Shown here in pieces: positions 50,222 to 60,000 of a stretch of DNA of 64,000 nucleotides. Location of the stretch: NCBI GenBank assembly GCA_963832645.1, contig CAWHUU010000003.1, positions 2,615 through 66,614 of the forward strand. The letters run 5' to 3'. Each line of letters starts with the position of its first letter. Positions within the stretch are counted from its first letter, which is position 1. The notes under the pieces are model-generated. The model saw nothing but the letters and a program-made list of their open reading frames with translations. It had not been told where the DNA came from and did not search any database. Position numbers and translations under genes: made by a program. Origin of the DNA: an uncultured Acidobacteriaceae bacterium (GTDB lineage Bacteria > Acidobacteriota > Terriglobia > Terriglobales > Acidobacteriaceae).

Positions 50222-50947
50222 TCAACCCGCGTTGTTTGTGTGACCGCTGCGCTGCGCGGCGAGGCGGGTGAGCGCTTCGCTCTGCTTGACCATCTCGTGG
50301 ACGGAGAAGCCCTTTTCCGCCAGTGCTCCCGTCGGACAGGCCTGCACGCATTTTCCGCAGCCGGTGCAGTTGCTGGAGTGGCCCCACTCATCTTTAAGAT
50401 CGCTGACCAGCCGCGAGTGGATGCCGCGCGAGGAGACTTCCCACACATTTGCGCCTTCCAGTTCCGCGCAGACCCTTACGCAGCGCGTGCACAGGATGCA
50501 GCGATTGTGATCGAGAACGAAGCGTGGATGGGACATATCCACGGGCAGTCGCGGATTGTTGTAGGCGTAGCGTACGTGCGTTACGCCGAGCGACTGCGCC
50601 ATGGTCTGCAGCTCGCAATTCCCGTTGCTTACGCAGGACGAGCAGATGTGATTCCGCTCGACAAGAAGCAGCTCGACCGCCATGCGGCGATACTGCGTCA
50701 GCTTCGCCGATGTGGTCTTGATGGACATGCCGTCCTGAATGGGCGTGGTGCAGGACGGCAGAAGACGCTCGGTTCCGGCCAGTTCAACCATGCACACCCG
50801 GCATGCACCAACGGCGTGAATGCCCTTGAGATAGCAGAGCGTGGGAATATGCTTTCCGTTGGCGCGTGCGGCATCGAGGATTGTGTCGCCTTCTCGCGCG
50901 GCAACCAGTTCACCATCAATGCGGACTGAAATCGTTTTGTTCGGCAT
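50222..50947 (-). CDS. hoxU: Bidirectional hydrogenase diaphorase Fe-S subunit HoxU
   Basis: IPTLC...GACRVCMV...SC [2Fe-2S]; ERNHICSSC...GNCELQ; CILCTRCVRVC and CTGCGKCVQACP; AGGAG RBS before ATG 50947. Confidence 0.88.
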   Translation of the reverse strand: MPNKTISVRIDGELVAAREGDTILDAARANGKHIPTLCYLKGIHAVGACRVCMVELAGTERLLPSCTTPIQDGMSIKTTSAKLTQYRRMAVELLLVERNHICSSCVSNGNCELQTMAQSLGVTHVRYAYNNPRLPVDMSHPRFVLDHNRCILCTRCVRVCAELEGANVWEVSSRGIHSRLVSDLKDEWGHSSNCTGCGKCVQACPTGALAEKGFSVHEMVKQSEALTRLAAQRSGHTNNAG

Positions 50948-50961
50948 CGGCTCGCTCCTAT

Positions 50962-53900
50962 TCAACTCGCACTTAAGGTGACTTTGAGATCGCAGCGGAG
51001 ACAACGCCGACACTCCTCAAGCGCCTCTTGCTCGCTGAGTCCTGCGACCACTTCCTGCTGCGTATGGGCTCTGCTTTCCGCGGGCAGAGATTGCGCCTGG
51101 TGGCGGCGGCTGAGGCTGGGTTCGCCCGGAATCTGACGGCTGTATTCGAAGTCCGGGAAGAGGCTGGCCCAGCGGCTTTCGCAATGATCTGATTCGCTCA
51201 TGAGGCGTTCATCGATGTTGCGCGCGGCCTGTTTGCCGCCGCTCATGGCGTTCGACATGTTGGATGCGCCGGTGATGACGTCGCCTCCTGCGTAAAATCC
51301 GGGGCGGCTTGTTTCAAGCGTGAAGCGGTCTACCAACAGCGTGCCTTCGTCCTTGAGCGCGAGGCCCGAAGCGCGACAGAAATCCTGATCGAAGGTTTCA
51401 CCAACGGCGAGGATGACGCTGTCGCACTCGAATCGCTGCACTGCGTCAGTAGGGACGGGGCGGCGGCGGCCGGACTTGTCGTACTCGCCGAGGCGCGTCT
51501 TGACGATTTCGATTGCCTTGACGCTACCATCGGTTCCGCCAACGATGCGGTGCGGCGCTGCGAGGTAGACGATGCGAACACCTTCTTCCTCGGCGGCGCT
51601 GATCTCCTCGTCGATGGCGGGCATATCTTTACGCTCGCGGCGATAAAGGATGGTAGCCTGCGCGCCCATGCGCATTGCGGTTCGCGCCGAATCGATGGCG
51701 GCATTGCCGCCGCCGATGATGGCTACGCGCGAACCCACAGTGACGGGCTCGCCGCGCGCAACCGATTCAAGGAACGGCAGTGCCGGGTAGACGTTCTTAA
51801 GTTCAGTGCCGGGAAGGTAGAGCCACGATTCTTTCCATGTTCCGATGGAGAGAAAGACTGCATCGAAGCTGCCGGCGAGTTCGTTCAGGGGGAGGTCAAA
51901 GCCAACGCGGGTATTGAAGACCATCTTGACGCCCATGGCTTCAATCAAGTCGAGTTCACGGCAAAGCACCGATTTGGGTAGACGGTATTCGGGAATGGCA
52001 AAGCGCAACATTCCGCCTGCTTCGCTGCGTTCTTCAAAGATAGTGACGTCGTGCCCGAGCATGGCGAGGTAGTACGCGGCGGTGAGGCCGGTAGGGCCAG
52101 CTCCGGCGACGGCTACCTTGCGGCCGGTGGGGGAGAGGCGGTGCTTTTTGATGCGCTCGACCATGCTCTCGAAGCGGTCGGACTGGTAGACTTCGTCGGC
52201 GATGAAGCGATGCACTTCGCGCATGTTCACTACTTCGTCGAAGCCCTGACGGCGGCAGCGGTTATCGCACGGGTGCTGGCAAACGCGGCCTGTCGATGCC
52301 GGAAGCGGATTGTCGAGGATAACGGACTCGAATGCGTCTTCGAGCCGGCCCTCCTGGAACAGTTCGAGGAAGCGCGGAATGTTCATGCGCAGCGGGCAAC
52401 TGTTTTCGCAGGGCGAAAGCGCCAGGTCCTGACAAACGCCGGCGCGGCAGCGATGCGCGAGGATGTGATCTTCATACTCGTCGCGGAAGTGGCGGATGGT
52501 GGTGAGAACAGGGTTGGGTGCGGACTGACCCAAGCCGCATAAAGAACACTCGCGGACCATGCGGCCGAGTTCGTCGAGCAGAGCGAGGTGATCAACGGTA
52601 CCTTCGCCTTTCGTGATTTCGCTGAGCAGACTGAGCGCTTTGTTGAGGCCTACGCGGCACGGTACGCATTTGCCGCAGGACTCAGAGTGGGTGAACTCAA
52701 CAAAGTAGCGGGCTACGTCGACCATGCAGTTATCTTCGTCAAGGACAACCATGCCGCCCGAGCCCATGATGGAACCAAGCTGCGCGAGCGACTCGTAGTC
52801 AACGGGAGTGTCTAGCATCTCCAGGGGGATGCAGCCGCCGGACGGCCCGCCGGTTTGCACTGCCTTTACGCGGCGGCCTGCGACCGCGCCCTCGCCAATG
52901 TCGTAGATGAAGCTCTTGAGCGGCGTGCCGAGCGGCATCTCTACTAGTCCGGTGTTCTGGATTTTACCGACGAGTGAGAATACTTTTGTGCCTGGACTCT
53001 TGACGCTGCCGGTTTCAGAGAACCACGCTGCGCCGCGGGCAAGAATGGGAGCGATGTTGCACCAGGTTTCAACGTTGTTGATGTTCGTTGGCTTGCCGTA
53101 GAGACCTTTTTGCGCAGGAAATGGCGGACGTGGATGCGGACGGCCGGCGAATCCTTCGAGCGATGCGATCAGGGCCGTCTCTTCTCCGCATACAAATGCA
53201 CCCGCACCTTGCACCAGCTCGATGTCGAAGTTGAATCCGCGGTCGAGGATGTTGGTGCCGAGCAGTCCGTATTCGCGCGCCTGCTCGATGGCGCGGGTCA
53301 GGCGACGCACGGCGAGCGGGTATTCGGCACGCACGTAGATGATGCCTTCGGTAGCGCCCATCACGTAAGCGCCGATAATCATGCCCTCGAGCAGCGAGTG
53401 AGGGTCGCCCTCGATCTCGTTGCGGTTCATGTACGCGCCGGGATCGCCTTCGTCGGCATTGCAGATGACGTACTTGGTGCTGCCCTCGGCTTTGGCGAGG
53501 AAGTCCCACTTGTTGCCGGTGAGGAAGCCTGCGCCGCCACGCCCGCGCAGGCGCGAAGCTTTGATCTGATCGATGACCGCGTCTTTGCGGCCGTCAATCA
53601 GCACCTTGTAGAGAGATTGATAACCGCCGACGGCGATGTACTCTTCGATGTCGGATGGATTGATGAGGCCACAGTTGCGCAGCACGATCTTCTTTTGGCC
53701 CTTGAAGAACGGAACCTGATTCCAGAGAGGGATCTTTGGATAGCCCTGCCCATATTTCAATTGGCCGGTGATGTGATCCCAGTCCTCGATTTTGCAGTAG
53801 ACGAGGTCCTGCGGCATTTCGCCTGAGTGGATGCCCTCAAGAATGCGTCCAGCGTCGTGCGCATGCACGCGCTTCAAAATGACGAGCGGTCCGCCAGGCA

Positions 53901-54138
53901 ACCGTACGCCGACCAGGGGCTCCTGGAAGCACGAGCCGAAACAGCCGACGCCGGTTAGCATGACGTCGAGCCCATTGCTCTGGATGGCGCCATTGAGAGC
54001 GTGGAACAACTCTTCAGATCCGTTGCCGCGCCCACACGTGCCCATGCCCACCATAATGCGGGGGACCTGCGGCATTAATTTGGCGAGACCTGATTCACGT
54101 ACCGCGTTGAACGAGCTGATGTCCTGAATTCGCGGCAT
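50962..54138 (-). CDS. NuoF/HoxF-type NADH-FMN subunit fused to a GltD/NfnB-like FAD/NADPH oxidoreductase
   Basis: GRGGAGF, CNADEGDPGAYMNR, GAGAFVCGEET, GGPSGG, SCGKCVPCR; then CENSCP, GRVCQHPCDNRC, GAGPTG, FAIPEYRLP, GGGNAAID, YRRE, CRRCLRCD. Confidence 0.92.
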   Translation of the reverse strand: MPRIQDISSFNAVRESGLAKLMPQVPRIMVGMGTCGRGNGSEELFHALNGAIQSNGLDVMLTGVGCFGSCFQEPLVGVRLPGGPLVILKRVHAHDAGRILEGIHSGEMPQDLVYCKIEDWDHITGQLKYGQGYPKIPLWNQVPFFKGQKKIVLRNCGLINPSDIEEYIAVGGYQSLYKVLIDGRKDAVIDQIKASRLRGRGGAGFLTGNKWDFLAKAEGSTKYVICNADEGDPGAYMNRNEIEGDPHSLLEGMIIGAYVMGATEGIIYVRAEYPLAVRRLTRAIEQAREYGLLGTNILDRGFNFDIELVQGAGAFVCGEETALIASLEGFAGRPHPRPPFPAQKGLYGKPTNINNVETWCNIAPILARGAAWFSETGSVKSPGTKVFSLVGKIQNTGLVEMPLGTPLKSFIYDIGEGAVAGRRVKAVQTGGPSGGCIPLEMLDTPVDYESLAQLGSIMGSGGMVVLDEDNCMVDVARYFVEFTHSESCGKCVPCRVGLNKALSLLSEITKGEGTVDHLALLDELGRMVRECSLCGLGQSAPNPVLTTIRHFRDEYEDHILAHRCRAGVCQDLALSPCENSCPLRMNIPRFLELFQEGRLEDAFESVILDNPLPASTGRVCQHPCDNRCRRQGFDEVVNMREVHRFIADEVYQSDRFESMVERIKKHRLSPTGRKVAVAGAGPTGLTAAYYLAMLGHDVTIFEERSEAGGMLRFAIPEYRLPKSVLCRELDLIEAMGVKMVFNTRVGFDLPLNELAGSFDAVFLSIGTWKESWLYLPGTELKNVYPALPFLESVARGEPVTVGSRVAIIGGGNAAIDSARTAMRMGAQATILYRRERKDMPAIDEEISAAEEEGVRIVYLAAPHRIVGGTDGSVKAIEIVKTRLGEYDKSGRRRPVPTDAVQRFECDSVILAVGETFDQDFCRASGLALKDEGTLLVDRFTLETSRPGFYAGGDVITGASNMSNAMSGGKQAARNIDERLMSESDHCESRWASLFPDFEYSRQIPGEPSLSRRHQAQSLPAESRAHTQQEVVAGLSEQEALEECRRCLRCDLKVTLSAS

Positions 54139-54689
54139 TATTTTGTCTCCTGTTTAAGCACCTTGATCTCACGCTGTAAGCTGCGTTCGTTCACGTGGCT
54201 GAGGATGTGGTGGTTGAATTCAACGACAGGGGCGAGCGCACACTGGCCAAAGCAGGCCACGGTACGGACGGTGAACTTGCGGTCGGGTGTGGTGAGCGCC
54301 AGTTTGTCGGCTTCACTCGGCTCGTTCACGTCGTGATCGCTGAGTCCAAGTTCGAGGCACAGTTTCGCTAGCAGATCGCGGGAGCCGCGAGTGTGGCACG
54401 CGGTTCCGCGGCAGACACAGACCACGTTGTCGCCTTGCGGATCGAGATTGAAGAGAGCGTAGAAGGTAGCGGCACTGTAGACCCGCGCCGGGGGAATTCC
54501 AGTCTGCTCCGCGATGTAACGCAGCACCTCCAGCGAGAGGTACTTGTGCGCATTGGCGGCCTGTACGGCTTCAAGGATGCCCAGCAGTGCACCTGGTTTA
54601 TTTTCAAATTTGGCGATGGTCTGGTCGATGAGCAGCTTCTCGTGAGAGTCGAGAACAGGAGCCATACTCTGGCTTACGGCGGACGGCAT
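54138..54689 (-). CDS. NuoE/HoxE-type [2Fe-2S] subunit
   Basis: ATFYALF, CRGTACH, VACFGQCALAP; stop overlaps the start of the next gene (TAATG). Confidence 0.9.
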   Translation of the reverse strand: MPSAVSQSMAPVLDSHEKLLIDQTIAKFENKPGALLGILEAVQAANAHKYLSLEVLRYIAEQTGIPPARVYSAATFYALFNLDPQGDNVVCVCRGTACHTRGSRDLLAKLCLELGLSDHDVNEPSEADKLALTTPDRKFTVRTVACFGQCALAPVVEFNHHILSHVNERSLQREIKVLKQETK

Positions 54690-54980
54690 AGAATCCTCCC
54701 CACCTGACTACTGGACCGCGTCTGAGGAGAAGACCCGATGAATTAGGAAAAGTGCACTCGCCAATAAAAGTATTCCGGCGAAAGTCAACATGGCGCTCCA
54801 ACAGCTTTCGCACACGCGTACGCTTCTCCGCAGAAACTGTCCGATGGAACATTGAGTCTGTTTCGCGAATTCCGATGTGCCTCGGGTCACAGGTGAATGT
54901 GACTACTGGATCGAGAGCAATACCCACGTGATCTGCGTGTGCCAGGCAAAGCAAAACACACTTTGCCATTTCTCAAAATC

Positions 54981-54998
54981 TCGTGACAAGGATCACCA
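54981..54998. promoter_or_regulatory. Rex/CRP-like palindrome upstream of the hoxE-F-U cluster
   Basis: TCGTGAcaaggaTCACCA, 10 of 14 informative positions match TTGTGAA-N4-TTCACAA. Confidence 0.35.
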
Positions 54999-55331
54999 AT
55001 GCGGCACAGAATGCGGTCATGCGGAATTCCTTTCCACTGATTTTTGAACGGTGGTACACTTCCGCATGCAAAATTCGCGCAGCTGGCACGTCCAACGTTT
55101 GGCGTTCCTGCGCACTTCGCCGACGTGGGGTCTCCGGCCATGGAATCCACGATGCAGGCAGTTCGACGCGTTGATGGCAGAGCTTATCCGCCGGATTACT
55201 GCACTCACCTCTTGAAGCAATCATCACCAACCACGAAATCCAAAATGCGCTCTTGCTGCGCTATAGAGCTGCACGATTGCGCAGATCACAGCATCACGCT
55301 GCGCCGCCATGTGCGCGGAACGTGAGAAAGG

Positions 55332-56237
55332 ATGGCGATCATGACAAAGCCTACGCTTCTGGTTCTTGCAGCCGGAATGGGCAGCCGATTCGGCGGCGGC
55401 AAGATGGTTGAGCCGGTCGGCCCCGGCGGTGAAGCAATCCTTGATTACTCGCTGTTCGACGCGCGGCGAGCCGGCTTTGGGCGAGTTGTCCTCGTCGTCG
55501 GGCGCGAGATTGAACCGTGCATCCGGCAGCGCATCGGCATAAAGAACGAAAGGCACCTCGGACTGGAATACCTCCACCAGGATGTGGCGCGCATCCCCTT
55601 CGGATATCGCGTTCCGGCTGGGCGCATCAAGCCATGGGGGACGACGCATGCCATTCTTACGGCGGCGGGAGTCATTCGCGAACCATTTGCGGTGATCAAT
55701 GTCGAAGACTTCTACGGAGCTGACAGTTTCCGCGCCCTTGCAAGTTTCCTGCAGTGCGGCGGCGCGGAACAGGCAACTCTTGGATGGGTGCTTCGCAACA
55801 CTCTCTCAGATGCAGGAGCGGTTGCGCGCGGCGTATGCCAGATTGGCAGCGGCGGGCACCTGGAGCGCATCGTCGAGCTGCGAAACATTGAGCGAGTTGG
55901 CGGCCACGCCTGCAACACCGATGCCGCTGGAGACGAAACACGATTGAGTGGCGATGAGATTGTTTCGATGAACATGTGGGGCTTTACGCCCGACATCTTT
56001 CCACTGCTGGAAGATGAATTCGAAAGATTCCTCGATGTAAACGGCGGGAGCCTTGAAGAGGAGTGCATCATTTCCAGAACCATCAACGAACTGCTGATAG
56101 CGGGAAGAATTCGAGTGAAGGTCCTGAGAGGCGCCGATACCTGGTTCGGGATCACTTACCGCGACGATCATGCACGTGCGGTCGAGCGAATCCGGAGATT
56201 GATCGAAAGCGGGGAATATCCAAAAAGGCTGTGGTGA
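55332..56237 (+). CDS. Nucleotidyltransferase (NTP_transferase family)
   Basis: LAAGMGSRFGG, KPWGT, DFYG, SMNMWGF, WFGITY. Confidence 0.85.
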   Translation: MAIMTKPTLLVLAAGMGSRFGGGKMVEPVGPGGEAILDYSLFDARRAGFGRVVLVVGREIEPCIRQRIGIKNERHLGLEYLHQDVARIPFGYRVPAGRIKPWGTTHAILTAAGVIREPFAVINVEDFYGADSFRALASFLQCGGAEQATLGWVLRNTLSDAGAVARGVCQIGSGGHLERIVELRNIERVGGHACNTDAAGDETRLSGDEIVSMNMWGFTPDIFPLLEDEFERFLDVNGGSLEEECIISRTINELLIAGRIRVKVLRGADTWFGITYRDDHARAVERIRRLIESGEYPKRLW

Positions 56238-56356
56238 TTTCCGATGGAACGCCGACCGGTTTATGCTCTGGAGAGACAAAAGATCACCCGCTGACGAGGC
56301 CAATGCGTGGAATCGCATGGGGCAAGAATCGCGTCTGACGGAGACCGGAGAGATGC

Positions 56357-56965
56357 GTGACCGGGAAACTGGAAATGATCGTGGGGCCGATGCGGAGCAA
56401 CAAGACCGCTGAGCTGCTGCGAAGAATCGAAATACGGCGGCAGTACGCCAAGCAGCACGTGATGCTGCTGAAGCCGAGCACCGACACGAAGTCAGCGGCC
56501 GGCGTGGTGGAAAGCCGCAATCGCAACGGTTGCGGGAAGATGGAAGCGGTTGAGTTTTTCTCGTCCGATCCGTGGTCTGCTCTCGACGTCATCAAGGCGA
56601 CGGAACAGTCGATTGGCAAGCGCGTGGAGTGCATTGCAATTGACGAAGGCCAGTTTGTGCAGGATCTGTTTGCGTTTACTCGGCATCTGCTTGAGAGCGG
56701 ACACGATGTGATGGTTTCCGGCCTGGAACTGGACTTTCGCGGAATGCCATTCGGAGAGATGCTCGATCTCTCGTGGCTGGTGCGGACTTATTCTGGAAAT
56801 ATTACGGAGCTGGTGGCGTATTGCTCGTGCGGCGCCAAGGCGCTGTATCCGCAGCGGCTCATCGACGGCAAGCCCGCATCCTATGACAGCCCCGTCATCA
56901 TGGCCGGCGACAACTATGAGCCTCGTTGCGCAGAGCATTTTGTGCTGCCGGGGCGTCCGCACTAA
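56357..56965 (+). CDS. tdk: Thymidine kinase
   Basis: GPMRSNKTAEL, IDEGQF, GLELDFRGMPF, CSCG...YEPRCAEH. Confidence 0.85.
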   Translation: MTGKLEMIVGPMRSNKTAELLRRIEIRRQYAKQHVMLLKPSTDTKSAAGVVESRNRNGCGKMEAVEFFSSDPWSALDVIKATEQSIGKRVECIAIDEGQFVQDLFAFTRHLLESGHDVMVSGLELDFRGMPFGEMLDLSWLVRTYSGNITELVAYCSCGAKALYPQRLIDGKPASYDSPVIMAGDNYEPRCAEHFVLPGRPH

Positions 56966-56967
56966 GG

Positions 56968-57019
56968 TGTCATTCCAACCTGGCTTTGGCCGATTGGCCA
57001 AAGCCAGGTTGGAATGACA
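56968..57019. repeat. Perfect 24-bp inverted repeat with 4-nt loop
   Basis: TGTCATTCCAACCTGGCTTTGGCC-gatt-GGCCAAAGCCAGGTTGGAATGACA between convergent tdk and amylase genes. Confidence 0.9.
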
Positions 57020-57040
57020 TAAGGAATCTGCCGGCGCGGC

Positions 57041-60000
57041 CTATTTTCTGGGCTTGCCGTTGGGTTTCTGACTATCTTTGAACAGCTCCTCGTCATCCAC
57101 TTCAGTTCCCCGCGCGCTAGTCACTGTCGGTTCCTCGTCCGGAACATCTTCGTAGGCAGCGACTTCGACTTCCGGCTGTGTACCCAGGAGCAGGTCCATG
57201 CGGTAGCCTGCGGCCTCCGCTGTTTCGAGAGCCTCATCCAGTGTCCGGCTGAGTACTGCGATCGATTCGCGGCTGGGAACAGCGTCGGCAGCCAGGCTGA
57301 GCAGCGAGGGCATCAGCAGCCACCACAGCAGTTCCTCATACTGCTCGCGCACCATATAGAAGTGGCCTTCCGCTTCATGGAGACCTGTGAGCCAACCCAC
57401 GTCCGGGTCTTGCCACAAGGCTGGAGCAAGGGCAACCTTTTCGGTATCGACTGTTGGCGATGAGACATTCGCGTCAGCGACTGGAGCTGCCGTTGCTGTC
57501 TCGGGAGTTTTTGCCGCGGCAGTTGCAGACTCAGGTTCCGCGGATTTGGCCTCGGGCGCAGGGGTTTCTTTTCCGACGCCTGCTCCGGTGAGCAGAACCA
57601 CCTTGATGCGGGCGGCAACGCGCCAGCTTTCTTCGCCTTCGAATCCAAGAGCTCCGAATGCTTCGCCGAACGGCTCGCGCAAACGCAGGCGATCATAAAG
57701 GTCGAGCGCAACGCGTTCCGGCTCCTTTACGTTGATGGACTCGGACAACAACTCGAGTGCGCACCAACCCAGGATCGGACCCCACATTGCAGTGGCTGTG
57801 AATTGCGGACTCGGGCTTGGCAGCATGCGGCGCGCGGCTGAAGTCCATGGCTTGGGGAACAGCGTCTCCATGGAAGGAATGCGCATGGCAGCACGCAGGC
57901 GCTGGCGGAAGGCCTGCATCAGCAATCCTGGATCTGCGGGCAGATTTTCGGCCTTGGGCTGCTGTTCCTTTGGCAGACGTGACAGATAGGTGGCTTGAGC
58001 CGCGCGCAGAAATGCCTCGCAACGCCTCCACGCCTCATCGAAGAACTCATTGCGCTCCCCTTCGCCGGGTCTGGCTTTGTCTAAGACCCAGGCTCGCGGC
58101 TGCTCGGCAAGGTCGGCGAACTGGCGAACCAGCGTGGGATCAAGAAGCCTGCGGAGTGCATCGTGCACAGATTGAAGTTCGAGGCCAACCAGGGCGTCGT
58201 CAAGATTGCGCATGCCGCGTCCGTGCAGGTAATCGCAGAGCCTGTCCCAGGGATGGTCGGCGGTCGGCTGAAGTTCACGCCAATCGACAAAGACGTGGCA
58301 CTGGTAGGCGTTCAGATCGAGTGTGAAGCCGCCGTTGAGCACTTCGTCGGCACGGCGCAGATATTCAAGACCAGTGAGCGAGTCACGGAATGCCAGAATC
58401 TTGTAGCCGTCATTGCCCAGGCCGAGCCCTTCGCGAAGGCGCTGCTGCCGCAGACCACCGGCTCCCTTGTCAGCGTAGGCGGCGGAGTAATCGACGGTGC
58501 CGTGGGTGGTGCCGTAGCGATTGTTATAGATGACAAGTGCACGCTCAATGCCATTGCGGTTGGAGTAGGCAAAGACGTTTTCATCGACGTTGCCGCTGGG
58601 AGTAAAGAAATCGTAGAGCAGGAAGTTGTTGCTCTCAGCAAAGAGCCAACGCTTCTTGAGGAGTGGCGCGATCTCGCGATCGTGGCGCTCGACCAGCCAC
58701 TGGTCCGGCGTTTCTTCGTAGCGCGGCCAGCGGTACTCCATTCCGTATTTCTCGGTATAGCCTTCGATTTGCCCGTGGCCGAACATGGGCAGGCCGGGTA
58801 ACGTGGACATGAGCACCGCCACGCCAAAGCACTTATCTCCGGTTCCAAACTGATCAATCGCCGTACGCTCATCTGGATTGCTCATGAAGTTCACGTAACG
58901 CTTCATGATGTCTGGATCGAACTCCAGACGTATTCTTGATAACCGAACGGTACTTGGCGTTATCTTCATCGCGCATCATGACCATGAATGCACTGTTGTA
59001 CACGCGGTGCATACCCAGCGTACGGACAAAGTAGCCTTCCATGAGCCAGAAGGCCTCGGCCAGAAGCAGGGTGCCAGGAACTTCGGCGGCGACGCGGTCC
59101 ACCACTTCGCGCCAGAACTCATGCGGCATGGCCTGGTCGAATTCCTGCTGGTTCATGCTGTTTTCAGCGCGCGACGGGATTGCGCCGCTGGAGCCCGGGC
59201 CGGGGAACCAGAGCCTATGGAAATGACGCTTGGCAAGGGTCATGGCCGCATCGAAGCGGATAACGGGGAACAGACGCGCGACATGGAGGATGGTCTGGAT
59301 GACCTGTTCGCGAACCGCTGGATTGAGATAGTCGAGCTGCGCGGTATCGTTCCAAGGGAAGCTTGTGCCGTCGTTGCCGTGATAGATGTAGCGTGTTTCA
59401 CCGGAGGCTTTATCGCGCCGCTGAAAGACGACGGCGGCATCGGACTGCTCGAAGTAGTGATCTTCAATCTTGATTTCGACACGGCTGTCCGCGGAAAGAT
59501 CAGGGCCGTTGAACGTGTAGGCCGGATACGGCGGATGGGGCCGCGAGATGAACCAATCCGGATGCTCGACCACCCACGGCGAATCGATGCCCATGTGGTT
59601 CGGCACCATATCGCTGGCCAGCCGGATCCCGTGGTGGTATGAACGATCACGAAGGTGGATGTACGCGGCCTCGCCGCCGAGATCATCGGCAATGCGGTAG
59701 TCGAAGAGCGAATACGCCGACGCCACGGCATCGCTGTTGCCACAAAGCTGCTTGATTGTCTTCGATGCCCTGCTCCGCTCCCAGATGCCGATGAGCCAGA
59801 GGGTGTTGATGCCGCGATGCGCAAGCAAGGCCAGTTCTTCGTCCGGAATCTCATCGAGCCTGCCAATGTGTCGGCCGTACTTCCGGCTGAGTTGCGCAAG
59901 CCAAACGTAGGTGCTTTTCGCCATGAGCACCGTGCCCGGCATCCAGGCCGTGTCGGGTGAAAACTTCTCGTACTCGACGGCTTGACTGCCAAATTCAGGC

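Noticed and set aside
54925-54945. Minus-strand TGGCAC upstream of hoxE as a sigma-54 promoter
   Set aside because: The -12 element is missing (TGGCAC-acgca-GATC).
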